Positions 15,803-16,959 of a stretch of DNA of 16,959 nucleotides are shown here, piece after piece. Within the stretch, counting starts at the first letter, position 1; each line of letters begins with the position of its first letter. The notes beneath the pieces were generated by a model. That model was given only the letters and a program-made list of their open reading frames with translations, was not told the DNA's origin and ran no database searches. The stretch lies in NCBI GenBank assembly GCA_044224875.1, contig JBGAJQ010000093.1, positions 1-16,959 of the forward strand. Reading direction: 5' to 3'. This stretch comes from Gemmatimonadaceae bacterium (lineage in GTDB: Bacteria; Gemmatimonadota; Gemmatimonadetes; Gemmatimonadales; Gemmatimonadaceae). A program made the translations under genes and the position numbers.

Positions 15803-15853
15803 GGAGGTGGAGAAGCACGTGGAGGGGAGGGTGGAGCGTGCCCTGAGGAGGGA
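15803..15853 (+). repeat. Direct repeat copy 2: orphan fragment of the acylase 3' end
   Basis: GGAGGTGGAGAAGCACGTGGAGGGGAGGGTGGAGCGTGCCCTGAGGAGGGA encodes EVEKHVEGRV(+1 G)SVP* versus EVEKHVEGRVSIP* in copy 1. Confidence 0.9.
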
Positions 15854-16101
15854 TCGCCCTCAGTGAGCGGTGCACTGCGCCGGGTGTGCAGCACTCGACC
15901 TGTTTTGGTCGCGAATCAATGGTTGTCGACGCCTCGCGTCCTCGGCGCCTCGCGAGGTCGATCGTCGATATGTGCGGTGCATCCGTCGAAGTGATCGTTT
16001 CTCGGCTCAAACGTCCTTCTTCCCGGCGGGCGACTCAACGGTGAAGTTCAAAGCGTCGTGCCCTGAGTGCCAAGGATGAAGAACTCGTTCAAAGGCTGCG
16101 T

Positions 16102-16914
16102 GTGGAGCGGGTGCAACTGAGCCGCGACATCAGTCGCAAGGCGGCGGCGTTACTCGGCGCAGCAGCGTTACTCGTGTTCACGACAGCCCCCGCCCGCGCC
16201 CAAATCCTGATCGTCACCGTTGCGGACGCGATCAGCTCGAAGCCGATCAAGGGCGCGGAAGTGCGTGTGCTTGACGAGGCTGATTCGGTGATCGCGCAGG
16301 GCAGGGCGGGCGGCGCAGGCGAGGTTCGTCTGGCTCTCATTGCCAAAGCCGACAGCATCAAACGGACCGCGACCCTCACCGTTCGCGCGCTGGGGTTTTC
16401 GCCGGCTTCGCAGCGCCTCGAACTGGACGGGTCGGACCGCGTGAAACTTCAGGTGGCGCTTTCGCCAGCCGCAACCGTGTTATCTGAAGTGCGGATCACC
16501 GAGCGACGCAGCCTGACACCATGGCTCAAGGAGTTCGAGGAACGCCGGTCGCGCCTCAATGGGTTCTTCATGGATCGGGAGGAGATCGATCGGCGAGGTG
16601 ATACGCGTCTCTCCGACCTTCTTCGGGCAGCCCCCGGCCTCACGATCATTCCATACGAGGGCCGATACATCGTCGCATCGGAGCGCGCCGCGCCGAGGCT
16701 GGACGGTGGCGCGTGCCACATCTCCTACTACATGGATGGCACGCCGATGCCGCTCGATTCCCTGGCCGGGATCGATGTCGCGCTTTCGGTGAACGAGATT
16801 GAAGCCGTCGAGGTGTACACGGGGGGCTCGCGGGTGCCAGCCCGATTCAACCAATCGAATGCGCGGTGCGGAGTGATCGCGTTCTGGAGTCGAGCGGCGA
16901 AGACGAGGGATTGA
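16102..16914 (+). CDS. Carboxypeptidase-regulatory-like domain plus TonB-dependent receptor plug domain (no barrel)
   Basis: Signal-peptide-like N-terminus, VADAISSKPIKGAEVRV...VRALGF, LSEVRIT (TonB-box-like), FEERR...GFFMDREEI...LSDLLRAAPG, YYMDG, IEAVEVYTG...CGVIAFWSR. Start codon uncertain. Confidence 0.85.
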   Translation: MERVQLSRDISRKAAALLGAAALLVFTTAPARAQILIVTVADAISSKPIKGAEVRVLDEADSVIAQGRAGGAGEVRLALIAKADSIKRTATLTVRALGFSPASQRLELDGSDRVKLQVALSPAATVLSEVRITERRSLTPWLKEFEERRSRLNGFFMDREEIDRRGDTRLSDLLRAAPGLTIIPYEGRYIVASERAAPRLDGGACHISYYMDGTPMPLDSLAGIDVALSVNEIEAVEVYTGGSRVPARFNQSNARCGVIAFWSRAAKTRD

Positions 16915-16959
16915 GGTCGCACACGCTCGCGACAACCACGGCGCGGGAGAGTCTTCGCC

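Noticed and set aside
9819..15853. Diversity-generating retroelement template/variable repeat pair
   Set aside because: No reverse transcriptase in the window, the repeat is only ~50 nt, and the differences are not adenine-specific.

Overview
GC-rich bacterial DNA. The plug-only TonB-type gene and the secreted lipoproteins suggest Gemmatimonadota (inference). The left part (1-7624) looks like an accessory/defence tract: an ABC/AAA_15-21-type ATPase running off the left edge (absent from the ORF track), a divergent Zn-ribbon + ADP-ribosyltransferase-like ORF, an AAA_14-DUF4143 ATPase, a class C beta-lactamase-like serine hydrolase, a Phd/YefM-VapC toxin-antitoxin pair with a perfect palindromic operator, and a CHAT (caspase-like) protease fused to a TIR/NDT-like domain, interrupted by one in-frame TAG just after the catalytic Cys. 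Next is a penicillin acylase-family lipoprotein gene with a locally corrupted ~180-bp patch. Its last ~50 nt recur, with mostly synonymous changes, about 6 kb downstream. The two copies bracket an integrase-free segment carrying AraC + DinB (with two copies of a 16-bp motif), a YVTN beta-propeller lipoprotein, degenerate attC-like sites, an IS91-family transposase remnant and a beta-helix lipoprotein. The window ends with a carboxypeptidase-regulatory-like + TonB plug-domain gene.
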